NCBI GenBank assembly: GCA_965287045.1
Contig: OZ336885.1
Location: 36,208,001-36,272,000, forward strand
DNA: 64,000 nucleotides
Source of the DNA: Carcharhinus amblyrhynchos
Lineage: Eukaryota
Direction of reading: 5' to 3'
Below, piece after piece: positions 40,936 through 53,469 of the stretch (position 1 is its first letter; each line of letters begins with the position of its first letter). Under the pieces are notes generated by a model. That model saw only the letters and a list, made by a program, of their open reading frames with translations, was not told the origin of the DNA and did no database searches. Made by a program: the position numbers and the translations under genes.

Positions 40936-43900
40936 GGTCTGATGAAACTGGTGAAAGGTCACAGACTTGAAACATCAACTCCCTTTCTTTCTCCACAGAT
41001 CCTGCCTGACCTGAGTATTTCCAGCATTGTATGTTTTTAATTTATTAAGGCTGGATTCAGAAACTAATTTCATAATGGAAAATACAGAGAACAGGGAAAT
41101 GTTAGAGTGATGAACATAATTTGATTACACTGAAATTTTATAAACTGAATGAACTGGATAGTTAACAATATTTATCCACCCCCCCACCCCCCAAACTTCA
41201 TTTGGATGTAGTGCAAGAGGATCCCTCTTTTGGGAATCATATAAAGAGTTTTAAAAAAAAAACCCTGACCATTTTATGCTGTCTTTATAGCCAAATCTTG
41301 ACATGTGGAATGTACTAGAATTACTTCACATAGCAAATATGTAAATATTATGGAAGTCCTATTTAAAAAAGCAGACTTAATTCCGATTCATCATACAATT
41401 TGATCCACAAACAGAAAACAGGTTCCTAAAATTGCACTCCCATAAAGACTGTCTCAAAGGCAGGTCACAAAACTAGGCCAATTTAGATATACACTAATAG
41501 TTATCAGTATAAAACGTTGAGCCAGATTTAGATCTGTAAACAGCTCATTGCGCACATTAGATGATGTATAGATAGGCACGCAGACTTAAATGCACAAGTG
41601 GAACTGCTTAGCAGTGTAAATAGAATTATATAAAATCAGAACCAGTGTATTCAATATAATGCCCAGATTAGAAGATTAGGTCTTAGTACCAAAATATAAA
41701 GCTCAAAAAGTACATTTTCTTAAAGAAAATACATATGGTCATTTATTAATGCGTAATTCCCAAAGCTTTAGCTAGTCACTTACAAGGACAAATTCCAAGT
41801 AAAAATGGTTCTATTGACAAACTGCCCCAGTCAATACCCATGAATTGTCTTCCAAGTCTCATCACCAAATCAGCACCATTACTATCAAAGTCAAGTTTCA
41901 ACTTTTAGTATGGAACAAACTGATGCAATCATCAAGCAATTAATCACTTATTTCTCTAGTTGTCAACATTATATATGGGCCATTTTTCCTCAATCAGTCA
42001 TCCAGTATCATATTTTATAATCTAGCAATGGTTTCAAATGAAGTTCTTTCTTTGGTTTCATTTCATGTGTCATTTTTCTTAAAAGAATATTCAGAATCTT
42101 ATCTATATTGCCTGACACTCCAAGCACAGAATGCTTTTAGGCGTTTATGTTCATTCCATTTGATCAGTCAAGTTGCCCATTTTAAATTTCAAATGGGGTT
42201 CGAAAGCTCACTGTCCATTATCATTAACTAGTGCATTCACTGTGGCAATGCCTCCACTAGTGTCCACTTGCCAGCCAATCAGCACCCTCTTCTCATAAAG
42301 TTGTTTCCCCTGCAATTGTATTTTTGAGATTGTTCTGGTGAGTCCAAGATAAAAAGCTTCAACAAGTTTTTTTTTCCAGTAAAATACTGTTGGATTCTTT
42401 TTGAGAAGACTGATTTCTATACCTGTTTTTTACAAAGAAAACACTGCATCATAGCACAATGGATATACGAAGTTTAACAGAAAGGGAAAGTAAAATTTAA
42501 ATATCTATGGACTATTCTGTGCCAGTCATGAGAGTGTGATCAACTCCGTAAGCCCTATTCCTTAAGGTGCCTTTAACTTTTTGCTATTTTCTTTTACCTC
42601 AATGTGGAGCAACTTAAAATTGCCTCTTCTATTTCCATATCGTTTCCATTCACATTGCTGCAATAAGGGATGGAACTTATCATCTTAAAGAAATAGACTT
42701 TTGGGAGAAATACCAAACTTGGCATTGCCTTGAATTATATGTCAGAATTATCAAAGAATTGAGGCTTGAAATTTATAATTGGACAGCGAGTGAAAAGTAT
42801 TATTTTACATATGACTTGCTCAAACAGCATCTTTATGTCCTTCCTTACAGTTAAAGCCAAAAGAAATTACAAAGGTTATGCCAATAATGGGTGTAAAGGA
42901 ATGGGGGTAAAAGAAGAACCCTAGTAAAGAGTTACACGCCTCAGAGAAACTCTGCAGCTAGTGTTTTGAGGTACATGCTAAAACGTAACAGGTTGGCTTC
43001 CTCCTTCTTTTCAGCTCTACGTATTAGCTATCCCAGTGAAGTAGTCTAAGTCATATCTGGCTGCTCCTGCTCTCCTCGCATAATGAAATAAGACCTCAAG
43101 CAGCCACTTGTTCACTGATCCTACCCTTCTTACCCACATCTTAAAATTAACCCATTAATTTAAATTTGGTGTACTCGATAATGACATCACCAGTTTACTT
43201 CCTTTGCAGTTCCCTTGCAAAGATTAAAAATATCCAGCTAAAACCTTAAACAATCACTCCTTTGATATTCCACAGCAAAACCAGGTCAATTTATTAATTG
43301 ACTAGTGCAACACACCAACTGCACCGTCCCCCACCTCAGTTTACCTCCACAATACTTTGACGATCTCAAAACTAACAATATTCCATTGGCACAAAAGTAA
43401 GGCCATTTACCTGTTAGGACACTAGAATCATGTGGAACAAATGCAATTTGCACTATCTTCCCTCAATACCAAGAACTGATATGCAGGATTATTTAATAAT
43501 ATTACCTTGTTGAGGTAACTCTGAAAAAAGACTTGAATGGGTAGAGTAGAATGGAATTAGACTGATTATCTTATTTTCAGAGGACATGCCAAAATATTGG
43601 AAATGATAAATGGCTTGTTTTACAGAGTAAATTTTAGATCATTCATATTATATATGCACATGCAACAGACATGTCACTATATATTTTTAGAAATATAAAT
43701 CAAACATATGATGAAAGAATTTCCCATTCAACTAGTCACTAAGTGCCAATATAAGGAGTTGAGTTTTTACTTGTGCTATTTTTGACGTCATTTTTAAAAT
43801 GTGAAATTCAAATGAGCAATATTCAGAATCTTTGAAATGGTGGAAATAGAATGAGATCTTAAAAGTCAGGTTTCCTCAAGGATCTGCCCCTTCCATTTGT

Positions 43901-45944
43901 GTGTGGCTAGTGATATTCATAAACTTTGCTTGCACATGTACACTACTTGTGTCCACCACTACCAACATCTAGTCTTGGATGGGCAATACATTCTTCCAGC
44001 AACACCAAAAAAGATCAAAGTCACTAACTGCAACGTATTCTCTACTTTCATCATTGACTGTCACCCTGGTCATAGACCAAACCAGACTGTTTGCCATTCA
44101 TCTTGTTTCACCACAAACTGAAATTTTAATATCATTTACTTCCATCTCAGGTAAGTGTCTAGCTCTACCTCCACCATTTACTGCTACAATCCTCATTCAT
44201 GCTTTGCCACCTCCAGACTCTCAGCCAACCTCCATATTCACACTAAACTTCAGCTGATAAAATCATTACATACAATCTGTATCATGTTAAGTCACTCTTA
44301 TCTACCATCCCCATCCTTACTAACGTACATTAGCTCCCAGCTCACACCTTAAATTATAAATCATTTCCTTTCCATTTATGGATTCCTTGATGCCTTTGCC
44401 CCTCTAACATCTATTATTCAATCATTTATCAGCACCCACTAGCCAACACCCTTTCTCCTCTGTCAAGTTTGAACCATTGGCTGCTTAGATCCCACTCTCA
44501 TTTATTTCCTGTCCTATAAACATTTTTCCTTAAATTTACTTCAACTTTTGGTCCCACTTCTTAACCTCTGAAATAACTTGAGATATTTTGTGTGTGATAT
44601 TTGTAGCATGCAAATTATAACAAACCGTCTATCTGGCAATATTAAGCAGTTTTCACATATGTTAAACAGTAGTCAGAAGTCAAAAATTTAGGAATAAATA
44701 GAAAATACCTTTCCTAAGTAAACCAAATTACAACGTTAGCCAGCATGGCATTCAAACCGATAGCTGTAAATACAGAGAATCTTGGACTCCAACTGTTCAC
44801 AAAGTTTGGAAAATGACAAGCTGAACCGTGCTGTGTAAAGACCAAAACAAAAGAGCTATCATAAGAAGACATGAATGATTTTTTGTTGTCCTAAAAAGCA
44901 GCTCTGGAATTACCCCTTTATCAATGTCAACATCCCACATCACTAACCAATTGATAAAATGTATTGTTTGAACTCAAACATCTGCACAATCACATATGAG
45001 CAAGTAATGAATTGCAAAAAATTAATTTCATAAAGCAATCACATATAGCTTTGCTGATCTTCAGAGAGATGCTGGCTTATGCTCACAATGTACACATACC
45101 ATCTATTTTTGAATTGTGTTATTAGAAATTGTTTCACAAATCATCCTTTTCATGCCAATAGCAAAAATGAAAACATTTAAAGAAATTTTGCTTGCATGGT
45201 TGAGTTTGAATTGTATACCCCTAATTCTGAAACAATAATTTTAATGCAGAAGCCTATTGGAAAACTTTGCCATAAAAAAATTTCACAAATTGATCAGGGT
45301 TAAATCCAAGAAATGATGGTTGAAGACTGTGAGCTATCTTAGCCAAAAAAAATTCAAGTTTACAGTTGGTGCCATTATCTACAATTTATATCAATAACTT
45401 CAATCTGCCATACTGTCTCAGGAACAAGATCATCCAAACTTGTATGCTAAATCATATAAAGCTGATGCATACATTGAATAGAAAAAAAATTCTCTCATTA
45501 AGAGCAGTTTGCTTACCCACCCTCTCTTAGACATCATCTGAGGGTGGATAAGCAAGCTACTCTAAAGACATGTCCTTCAGAATTATTTTGCCTATGCGTA
45601 ATACAATGGCAGATTTTGGGAAAAATTAGTTACTTATAGACTATCTAATTTAATGCATATGGATTTATTCTATAAGCAGCAGTAGCAGGAGAAAAAAAAT
45701 TTACTTACATGTTAAAAGATTTTTTCATGTACAAGTAAATAAATATCAGCTTTAATGCTTGAACTGCAATCAAATCTGACCACTCAATTACAAAAAAATC
45801 TTCTTCCACCCTCCGCTGCAGAAAATATCTGGATACCCACTCTGAAATGGAACACAGAGATTTTTCCTAGTTTTTATATTATTGTTCAACCAAGCAACCC
45901 AGTGAAAATAGCGGAGGTCAAGTCTGGTATGAAATTTTTGTTTT

Positions 45945-46312
45945 GTTCATTCATGGGATATGGACATTGCTGGTTGGGCCAGCATTTATCACCCAATCTT
46001 AATTCCCCATAAATTGAGTGGTTTGCTATGCCATTTAAGAGTTGATTGTTGTTACCTGGATCACTAATGAAATCTGCTGTCTTTATCTGGCCTGGAGTCA
46101 CATGTAGGCCAAACCAAGTAAAAACAGCAGATTTCTGTCCCTAAAAAGGACATTAGTGAACCAGATGTTTTTTTTTGCAGTCATCAATAGACTTCTAATC
46201 CCAGATTTTTAAAAATTGAACTAAAATTTCACCACCCGTCGTGATGGGATTTGATTCCAGGTTCCCGGAGGATTACCAGTCCAGTGACAATACCACCATG
46301 CCATTACTTCCC
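45945..46312 (-). mobile_element. tRNA-derived SINE
   Basis: The reverse strand begins with tRNA-like boxes (ggcatggtggtattgtcactggactggtaat...ctggaatcaaatccc); a second copy lies at 46735-47325. Confidence 0.65.
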
Positions 46313-46734
46313 GATTGCTACATCAGATTATTGATCATTGGATTGCATGTCGAATCAGCTAATCACAGCATCATTTTGTCCCAAAGGATCTACACTGCCA
46401 GGTGAAACAATGGTCCAAAGTCAAAAATGTGGACATTAACTCTTTTCACAGTACCTGTTGTTTGATACTCAATGTCTTTCACACTTTCACCAAATGCTTT
46501 GAAGTTACAGTTTTCACTTAAGTACTGGTACTTCAACAAAACAATATACAGGACAATGATTTTTCATGTCAAAGAAACAAGTACATGTGAGCAGGAATTT
46601 AAAAAAATGCTTTCTAACTTTAAGTCATCACGACCATGATTTTGTTAAGATGTATGCAGTTGATAGAATTTTAATTCATAAAAATGCTTTGTATAACTAA
46701 CCTGAAGGTTAGCATAACAAGCTTTGACTGGGTA

Positions 46735-47325
46735 AAATCCTTTTATGGAACATGGGCGTTGCTGGCATGGCCAGCATTTGTTGCCCATCCCTAACTGTCC
46801 TCGAGCTGAGTGACGTGCTGGACCATTTCAAAGGGCACTTCAGAGTCAACCACACTGCAGTAGGTCCGGAGTCATATGCCAGTCAGAATGGGTAAGGATG
46901 CAAGGTTCCCTCCCTAGAGAAAACCAGATAGCATTTTACATCAATGATAATTATCATGGTCACCACAATGGAGATTAGCTTTACATTCCAGATATATTAA
47001 ATGAATTTATATTCTATCAACTCCTGTGGTGGGAATTGAACCCATGTCCCCAGAGCAAATAGCCTGGACTTCTGGGTTACTAGTCCAGTACAGTAAGAAG
47101 TCTCACAACAACAGGTTAAAGTTCAGCAGGTTTATCTGGTAGCATAAGCTTTTGGAGTGTGAACAACTCTTCACTCACCTGAAGGAGCAACACCCCAAAA
47201 GTTTGTGCTACCAAATAAACTTGTTGGACTTTAACCTGGTGTTGAGAGACTTCTTACTGTGCTTCCCCCAGTCTAATGCTGGCATCTCCATATCATTACT
47301 AGTCCAGTGACATTACCATTAGGCA
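46735..47325 (-). mobile_element. tRNA-derived SINE interrupted by a Penelope-type palindrome
   Basis: Same family as 45945-46312; B-box-like ggttcaattccc; split at 47090-47295. Confidence 0.65.
47090..47295. mobile_element. Penelope-type inverted terminal-repeat insertion with 13-bp TSD
   Basis: ~170-bp palindrome (acagtaagaagtctcacaac ... gttgagagacttcttactgt) plus a short tail, flanked by ttactagtccagt at 47077-47089 and 47296-47308. Confidence 0.7.
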
Positions 47326-47613
47326 CATTTCCCCATTACGGTATTGCAAAAAGAAAAACTTTGAGGGGTTCACAAAATGGTACAGTCATCTTCATTTGTA
47401 CATCTAAAAGCCACTGTATTAAATTTGTCAAAATCTAAGTCAACAGGACATTGTTACCATTCTTTATGTCTAAACCAATATATTTCCAAACCTGAGCTTT
47501 TAATATCGTCCCATGCTGGTTTCAAATTACAATCATTTTGTTCACCCTGTAGCTAACACACGTCGCAATTGGAGCAAGAAAGAAATAAACAGTTTGCTTA
47601 AGTTCATACTCAC

Positions 47614-47788
47614 ATGTACTTGTTCAATATGTGCCCTAATTTAGGACCATGGCACTAGACTAAACTCAGTTCAAAATAACAGCATGACTGAGCTTCTAAA
47701 CAATGTTGTTTTATCATGAATCATTTACAAAACAATTGGGGGGTTTCAGATCCAGGATATTAGAACTGTCAGCTCGTTGCAATCACAC
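47614..47788 (-). other. ADNP: Candidate ADNP non-coding 5' UTR exon
   Basis: cag|GTGTGA...CAT|gtgagt, 175 nt; the start resembles my recollection of a human ADNP 5' UTR exon, but the pyrimidine tract is poor. Confidence 0.3.
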
Positions 47789-49265
47789 CTGTCCCATCAA
47801 TTTCTTTGTACTTTTTTTGCAAACTTCATTTTGTGCAATTTTGCAAAACAAAACATTCAACGCATAGTGTTGTTCATTATACCAGTTTTTGCTATTACCA
47901 CCTTTTCCACTATTCCAATCTCTCCTTCTTCATGCATATCCAATTCATTTGATGTCACTGCAAATTCCTTTAATTCTTCCCCAAACATCACACAATTGGA
48001 TAGTTTCTTCTAACTTGTGATTGTCCCAAACTGCAATGATGGAAATATTAAAGGAGACTTGCAAGACTGTTACCAGCAATACATCAAACAATCCACCAAT
48101 GTTGTATTACAGTTAAGGCCACGTGCAGGTACGTTCCTTTAGAGTTCACTGTATAATGATCAAGTGCAGGAGCATCAGTGAAGTACAATCTCAGCCTTCC
48201 TAGACTTGCATAGCCAGACATAAACCAAAATAATTTCCTGGAAAAAAATCAACAGGAACTCTGCCCAATATTTTCCAACCCTTAGCAAGAGCAGTTAGAA
48301 AAGCTGAAAGTCACTCATGCTGCAATACCAGATGAGATTATAAAGCATGGGCTTCAGCCCCAAAAGTACAAATCTACAGTGTCAACTTTTTGTCACTGCG
48401 TTCCACATGACACCTTTCCTTTAGTTAGCAGTGACTGGCCATTGTCAATCATTATGCTTAAGGTCACAGAAGTTTTCAGGCTCTGAGGGAACACAAATGC
48501 ACAATAACCACATGCCCTGAAGCAACTAACTTTCACATTCAAAGTCTGGGCATAGTATGACACACAACCACAAATGCATATAATTTTAAAAGGTGCAAAA
48601 GGTCAATTTATTTAAACATATTTAGACATTTCCATTTACAGATGAAGCAAGAAAGTTTCCTCTGCTACACGTATCAAATAATAAAAAGAATATTATAAAA
48701 TCTTTCCAGTTAAGAGGGATTTAAATGCTTCGAGTTCAATTAAAGCAGATTGCAAATCATCGCCCCAAAGTACGAAATACACCGCCTAATGTTTTTCACT
48801 TGGAATAACTTCTTCACAGCTAATTATTACTGATAACTTTTAAAACTTTCATTTTCTAAATAACTATCAATCCTGATTAGTTTTATAACGGAATACTTGC
48901 ACCCCATTCCAAAATTTCAATTCTCCCAATAAAGAATTTGTAAAACCAGTTATCTGCAACCTATATACATTACAGATTCCACTTTAAGTTAGAAAGTATT
49001 CACATTCTAACTTTCAAAACGAGCACCTGTCAGTTTCACTGCTAAATTTAATGCTAATATGCATTTAGACCACCGAACTTGGTATATTTAGTCAAAGAAC
49101 TTAAGGTGTTGAATGAATTCTTCACATGGACAGTACAGCTGGTCTAACAAATCCAAGTTGCGCTAGAATTATATTCCTGTTTAGGAGACTATTTTAAATT
49201 TTAAAGAGATCGTCTGCGATCATCTGTAAAGAACTGGACAAATTCACCCACTAGAGAAGCAATGC

Positions 49266-51500
49266 ATCAACTGCTTGGGATGAAATCTTGCACCTTTCTG
49301 AAGAATTTCCCCTTTGATGCTAGAAATAATATTACAGTAATTTCACCGTGCCACAGGTGAAAGGGAAAACCCAACCCTATTATGGTGAATCATATTTTGA
49401 TCACTGCACACTGCAGTGTTGAATGTTAAGCATAAGCATCATATAAAAACATGCAATAATCAAGGCTTCTTTGAGAAATAATTGTTTTACTTGAGTGTCA
49501 CCAAGAAGTTAACATTCAGATTTTCTATTTGCAGTTAATGTACTCTTTTAATTATCCTCATGGTGAAAATTAGAAGTTATTTGAGAAGTAGAAATTTACT
49601 GGTCAAAAGGTGAGAACATGGTTTAATTTAATTTTAGGTTTTAAAAGAGGAAGTCAGTTCATTAAAAAAGTTTTCAATATATTTACCCAAGTAAGCTTTG
49701 GGGCACTAACAATGAATTCTTGCATCAAGACGAAAGTCCCATGCTGAGGATATGAGCTCATTTGATGCTTGAAAATCTCATCAAAAGTCAATGTGATTAC
49801 ATCAATGGGATCATCTAAAGTGATAAATTGTTCTATCTAGCGGGGTTCTTGTTTCAATCAATATACATTTGGTCCAAAAAAATCTCAGGAAACAATTCTT
49901 AAAAATATGCCACCAAAAGTAGTTAAAGGGCTTGTAGCAAAATAAGCTAAATGAAAAACTTCAGATTATAGTAGCATAAATATATTACAAGAGTAAAACT
50001 TATCCCAACACCAGAAACTGCATTCTGTAAACCAAGTTATCAGGGACATTGGACTACTGGTAGCTCCAGGGAATTGCAATGGTTAAAGGTAATGCATACA
50101 TGGAATTTTAGAATTAGCTCTTCAGCCCCCTAATGGTTCAGCTGGTAAAGTAGTGTGACGGAGCGATACAGGCTCAAGGTATCTCAGGTTTGACCACAAA
50201 TATGCACCAAGCCAGCTATCCTCCACCAGGCATTACAGTTATTAAAAAACCGAAGGGAGGACAACAAAAACAGGCAGTGCTGAGGACAGGTAATTGACAA
50301 AGTCACTGGCTATCTAGTAATCCCTGCTGGCAGTTATCAGGCGTCAATACAATCAGAGTTTAGGTACGAACCCCAGCCAAATAACCTAAGTTCATTGTGG
50401 AATAACCACTTGGGCTAAATACTAAAGGGCAACCATCTCGTATCATATGTCAAAAGGGAACAGCAGAATATACAGATCTACCTCCCATCGTACATTTTCA
50501 GAGTACGATTTCCTCTACAATAACTACATTGTAACAACTGAAAAACAGAGCTCACAATGTATTCATACCAAAGGAGGAAAATAAAGTGCAGGGAGATTGT
50601 GGGCATCACTACTGAAAATGGATCTTATATTGGAGGCAAGTGGCGACCTGAGATTCACTCCAAAACCCTAACATGTTTGATCCAAGATAACATACATGCT
50701 ATTTGTCTTCACGCTACCCAAAAATGAGATTCAAGACATTTGATTTTTGCTATTAAAAAAAAGGTTTCATATACATACATGGCAGTGGTGTGTGACAGAT
50801 CAATCAGGTGCTTGAATTTCTGTGGCAACATGAACATTCCATCCTGGAAATATGGATAATGCTGGTAGAGGCTCCAACTTTCTTTCCATCACATGGCTGA
50901 CCAGAAATCTCTTCCAGTCTTACTGTCTGCCATTGTATTCACTGAAAGGATTTGCAGATTGATAATCAACTTGTTAGGCTACATTATGAATAAACTTTCC
51001 TTGGCCGTCAATTATGGGGTGGAAGTCAAACCAGTGTTTGACTCAAGAGCAGGGGTGCATAATTTAAATTTTGCTTACGCAAAGAGAATGTGTTACTGGA
51101 TGCATGAATCGAAATAACATTTTCTGTTAAAGACTAAATATTTTATCCTACTCAAGACAAGGGTGTCATCTGAACAATTTCCCAGCAATGCCATTTAAAG
51201 AGTTCATCATTAGAAACACAACCTTCAGCCAAGATGCATAACAGACAAATCAATGTTAACTTCTTGGTGATGCTCAAATAAAACAGTTATTTCTCAAAAA
51301 ACCTTGATTATTGCATGTTTCTATATATGCTTATGCCTCAACATTCAACACTGCAGTGTGCAATGACCAAAATATGATTCACCATAACAGGATGAGGTTT
51401 TCCCTTTCACTTGTGGCAAGGTGAAATTACTGTCATATTATTTCCAGCATCAAAGGAGAAATTCTTCAGAAAGTGCAAGATTTGATACCAAACAGTTGAT
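49266..51500. repeat. Long inverted repeat (arms 49266-49516 and 51252-51500)
   Basis: The arms are reverse complements with scattered mismatches (e.g. tatggtgaatcatattttgatcactgcacactgcagtgttgaatgtt vs aacattcaacactgcagtgtgcaatgaccaaaatatgattcaccata). Confidence 0.92.
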
Positions 51501-53469
51501 TACTCCCCAACAATATAGGAATCACAATATCCCACTAAGCCAATATTTATCCTCACAATCACCTTCTGAAACAGCCAACTGAAACCATCATGACACTACT
51601 CAGGATGACCATCAACAGAACCAAATCCTTGGCTGAGTTGACACCTCACTCCAAACACTACTTGGCTTAGCCATTCTGTAAGTAATGGCGAAACAGTTAG
51701 CTTCATACTTACCACCATTTTTCACCAATGCACTTTGTTCACACTGGTTGCTTCAAAATGCATTTAGTTACAAAAAATCATGGGTTTTATCAAATATCCT
51801 AGATATAGCAATGGAAACATACATTTCACAAAATAACTAAAGCAACTGTATTGCACATGTATTGTCCCAGTTTGCGTTTTGTATGTAACCCAAAGCCTTC
51901 AGTCACCGCATTCAGTCCCTAAGCTACAGGTGGCGCTGTACTGGGAGCGTCAGCATTTTTCTAATGGAGCACTTCTTTTAGCAACAGCTCCTCACTCTGC
52001 AACTGAAGCCTCCAAACTAGCCTCTGAAGAGCGCCTCCTGCTGCACCGAATATTGATTTTCATTCTCTGCATGGCTGCACTACAACATGGGTGGGGGCGG
52101 CTGTGCACGCAAGAAATGGAAAAATGTTTTGCCATCAGCTTATGATACATAAATCAAGAATCACTCCAACTTAAATTTATTTGAAAAATGCATTTTAACA
52201 CAAGGACTAGAAAAAAATCAAAACCATTTTATTTGATACAAAATAGTTCGAAATGTATTTTCCTGCATTTCGGCGTCGTGGTTTGCAACACAATGGGCAT
52301 GATAACAGTTGGGTCCTGATAAGATTTCTCCAAAGAACACGTGCCAAACATTTCTACTTAAGCAATTACAAAACTGGGAATCCCTAAATCTATTCATGTC
52401 TGCAATGGAGCAGTACTCGCGCCATTTTACAGCAACGTCACAGCCGGCAACCGGTCCAGAGGTGTACATTTTAGCATTATCTTCATTAACTTATACCATC
52501 CCCAATATTATCAGCACAAAATATCCAGAACGGTCACCGAATGGAGCCACTGTATGTGAATTAACAAATAAATTAAATCTCAGTTTCCATCCACCCCGTC
52601 TTCTGTCTAGGGCGTTTCTTGCTGTCTGGATTGGTTGAGCATGCTGTCTAAAGACCACAGAGCACTAGAAAAGGTATTGAGCAAATGTGTAAACAAATCT
52701 TCGATCAGATTCGCGACTGATGGCACACACCGAGTAGCCGGCGACAATTCCTTATTTTACATTTCAGGCATCCGAAGAAACGACGATTTTGAAGGGGTTC
52801 GAAATGATCAGAACTAATTTACCAGTGGATCAAACAATCCCTAAAACGTAAAAAAAAGGACTCATCTCAGAGAAAAAAAAATCCCCCAAATGCCTCGATC
52901 CATTACTCTCAGGTAATATTGTATTCCGCGATTAGGAAAGGTAACACTAACATCGATTGGGTGACGATCTATCCACATATGCATCAAATCGATACATAGT
53001 AAAATTATACTAATATCTGAACCCGCACCTAGCTTTTGAAGAACAATGAGCACAAATGATCGACTACATTGACAAAATGATGGGTTAGTGCAAACTAATT
53101 TCTCCTGGCAAATTTGTGCCTTTGTCACACAGATTCGGCGAAATAAGAGGAGGGGGATTGGGGGGGGGGGGCTGAAGAGAATAAAAATCCGGGCGTTCGT
53201 GTATTTTTAATCATGCAAATGGGCAACACACAAAATAGGATAAAGCAATCGTTGCAGATGGATCTCTACCTTGCTTGGGTCGATGTATCTTTTAAGCAAT
53301 CGGCACTTTCATACATGGACAAAGATAAAAGGAGAACAACTACTCGCATGCAACATTTGCTCCAGGTTTTTTCCCTTCTCCCACCCAGTTTTTTTCTGGG
53401 CAAAAAAAATGCAAACGGGATTTCCCCTTCCCATCCCCTCCCCTCAATTTTGTACAAGATCTCGGTAGC

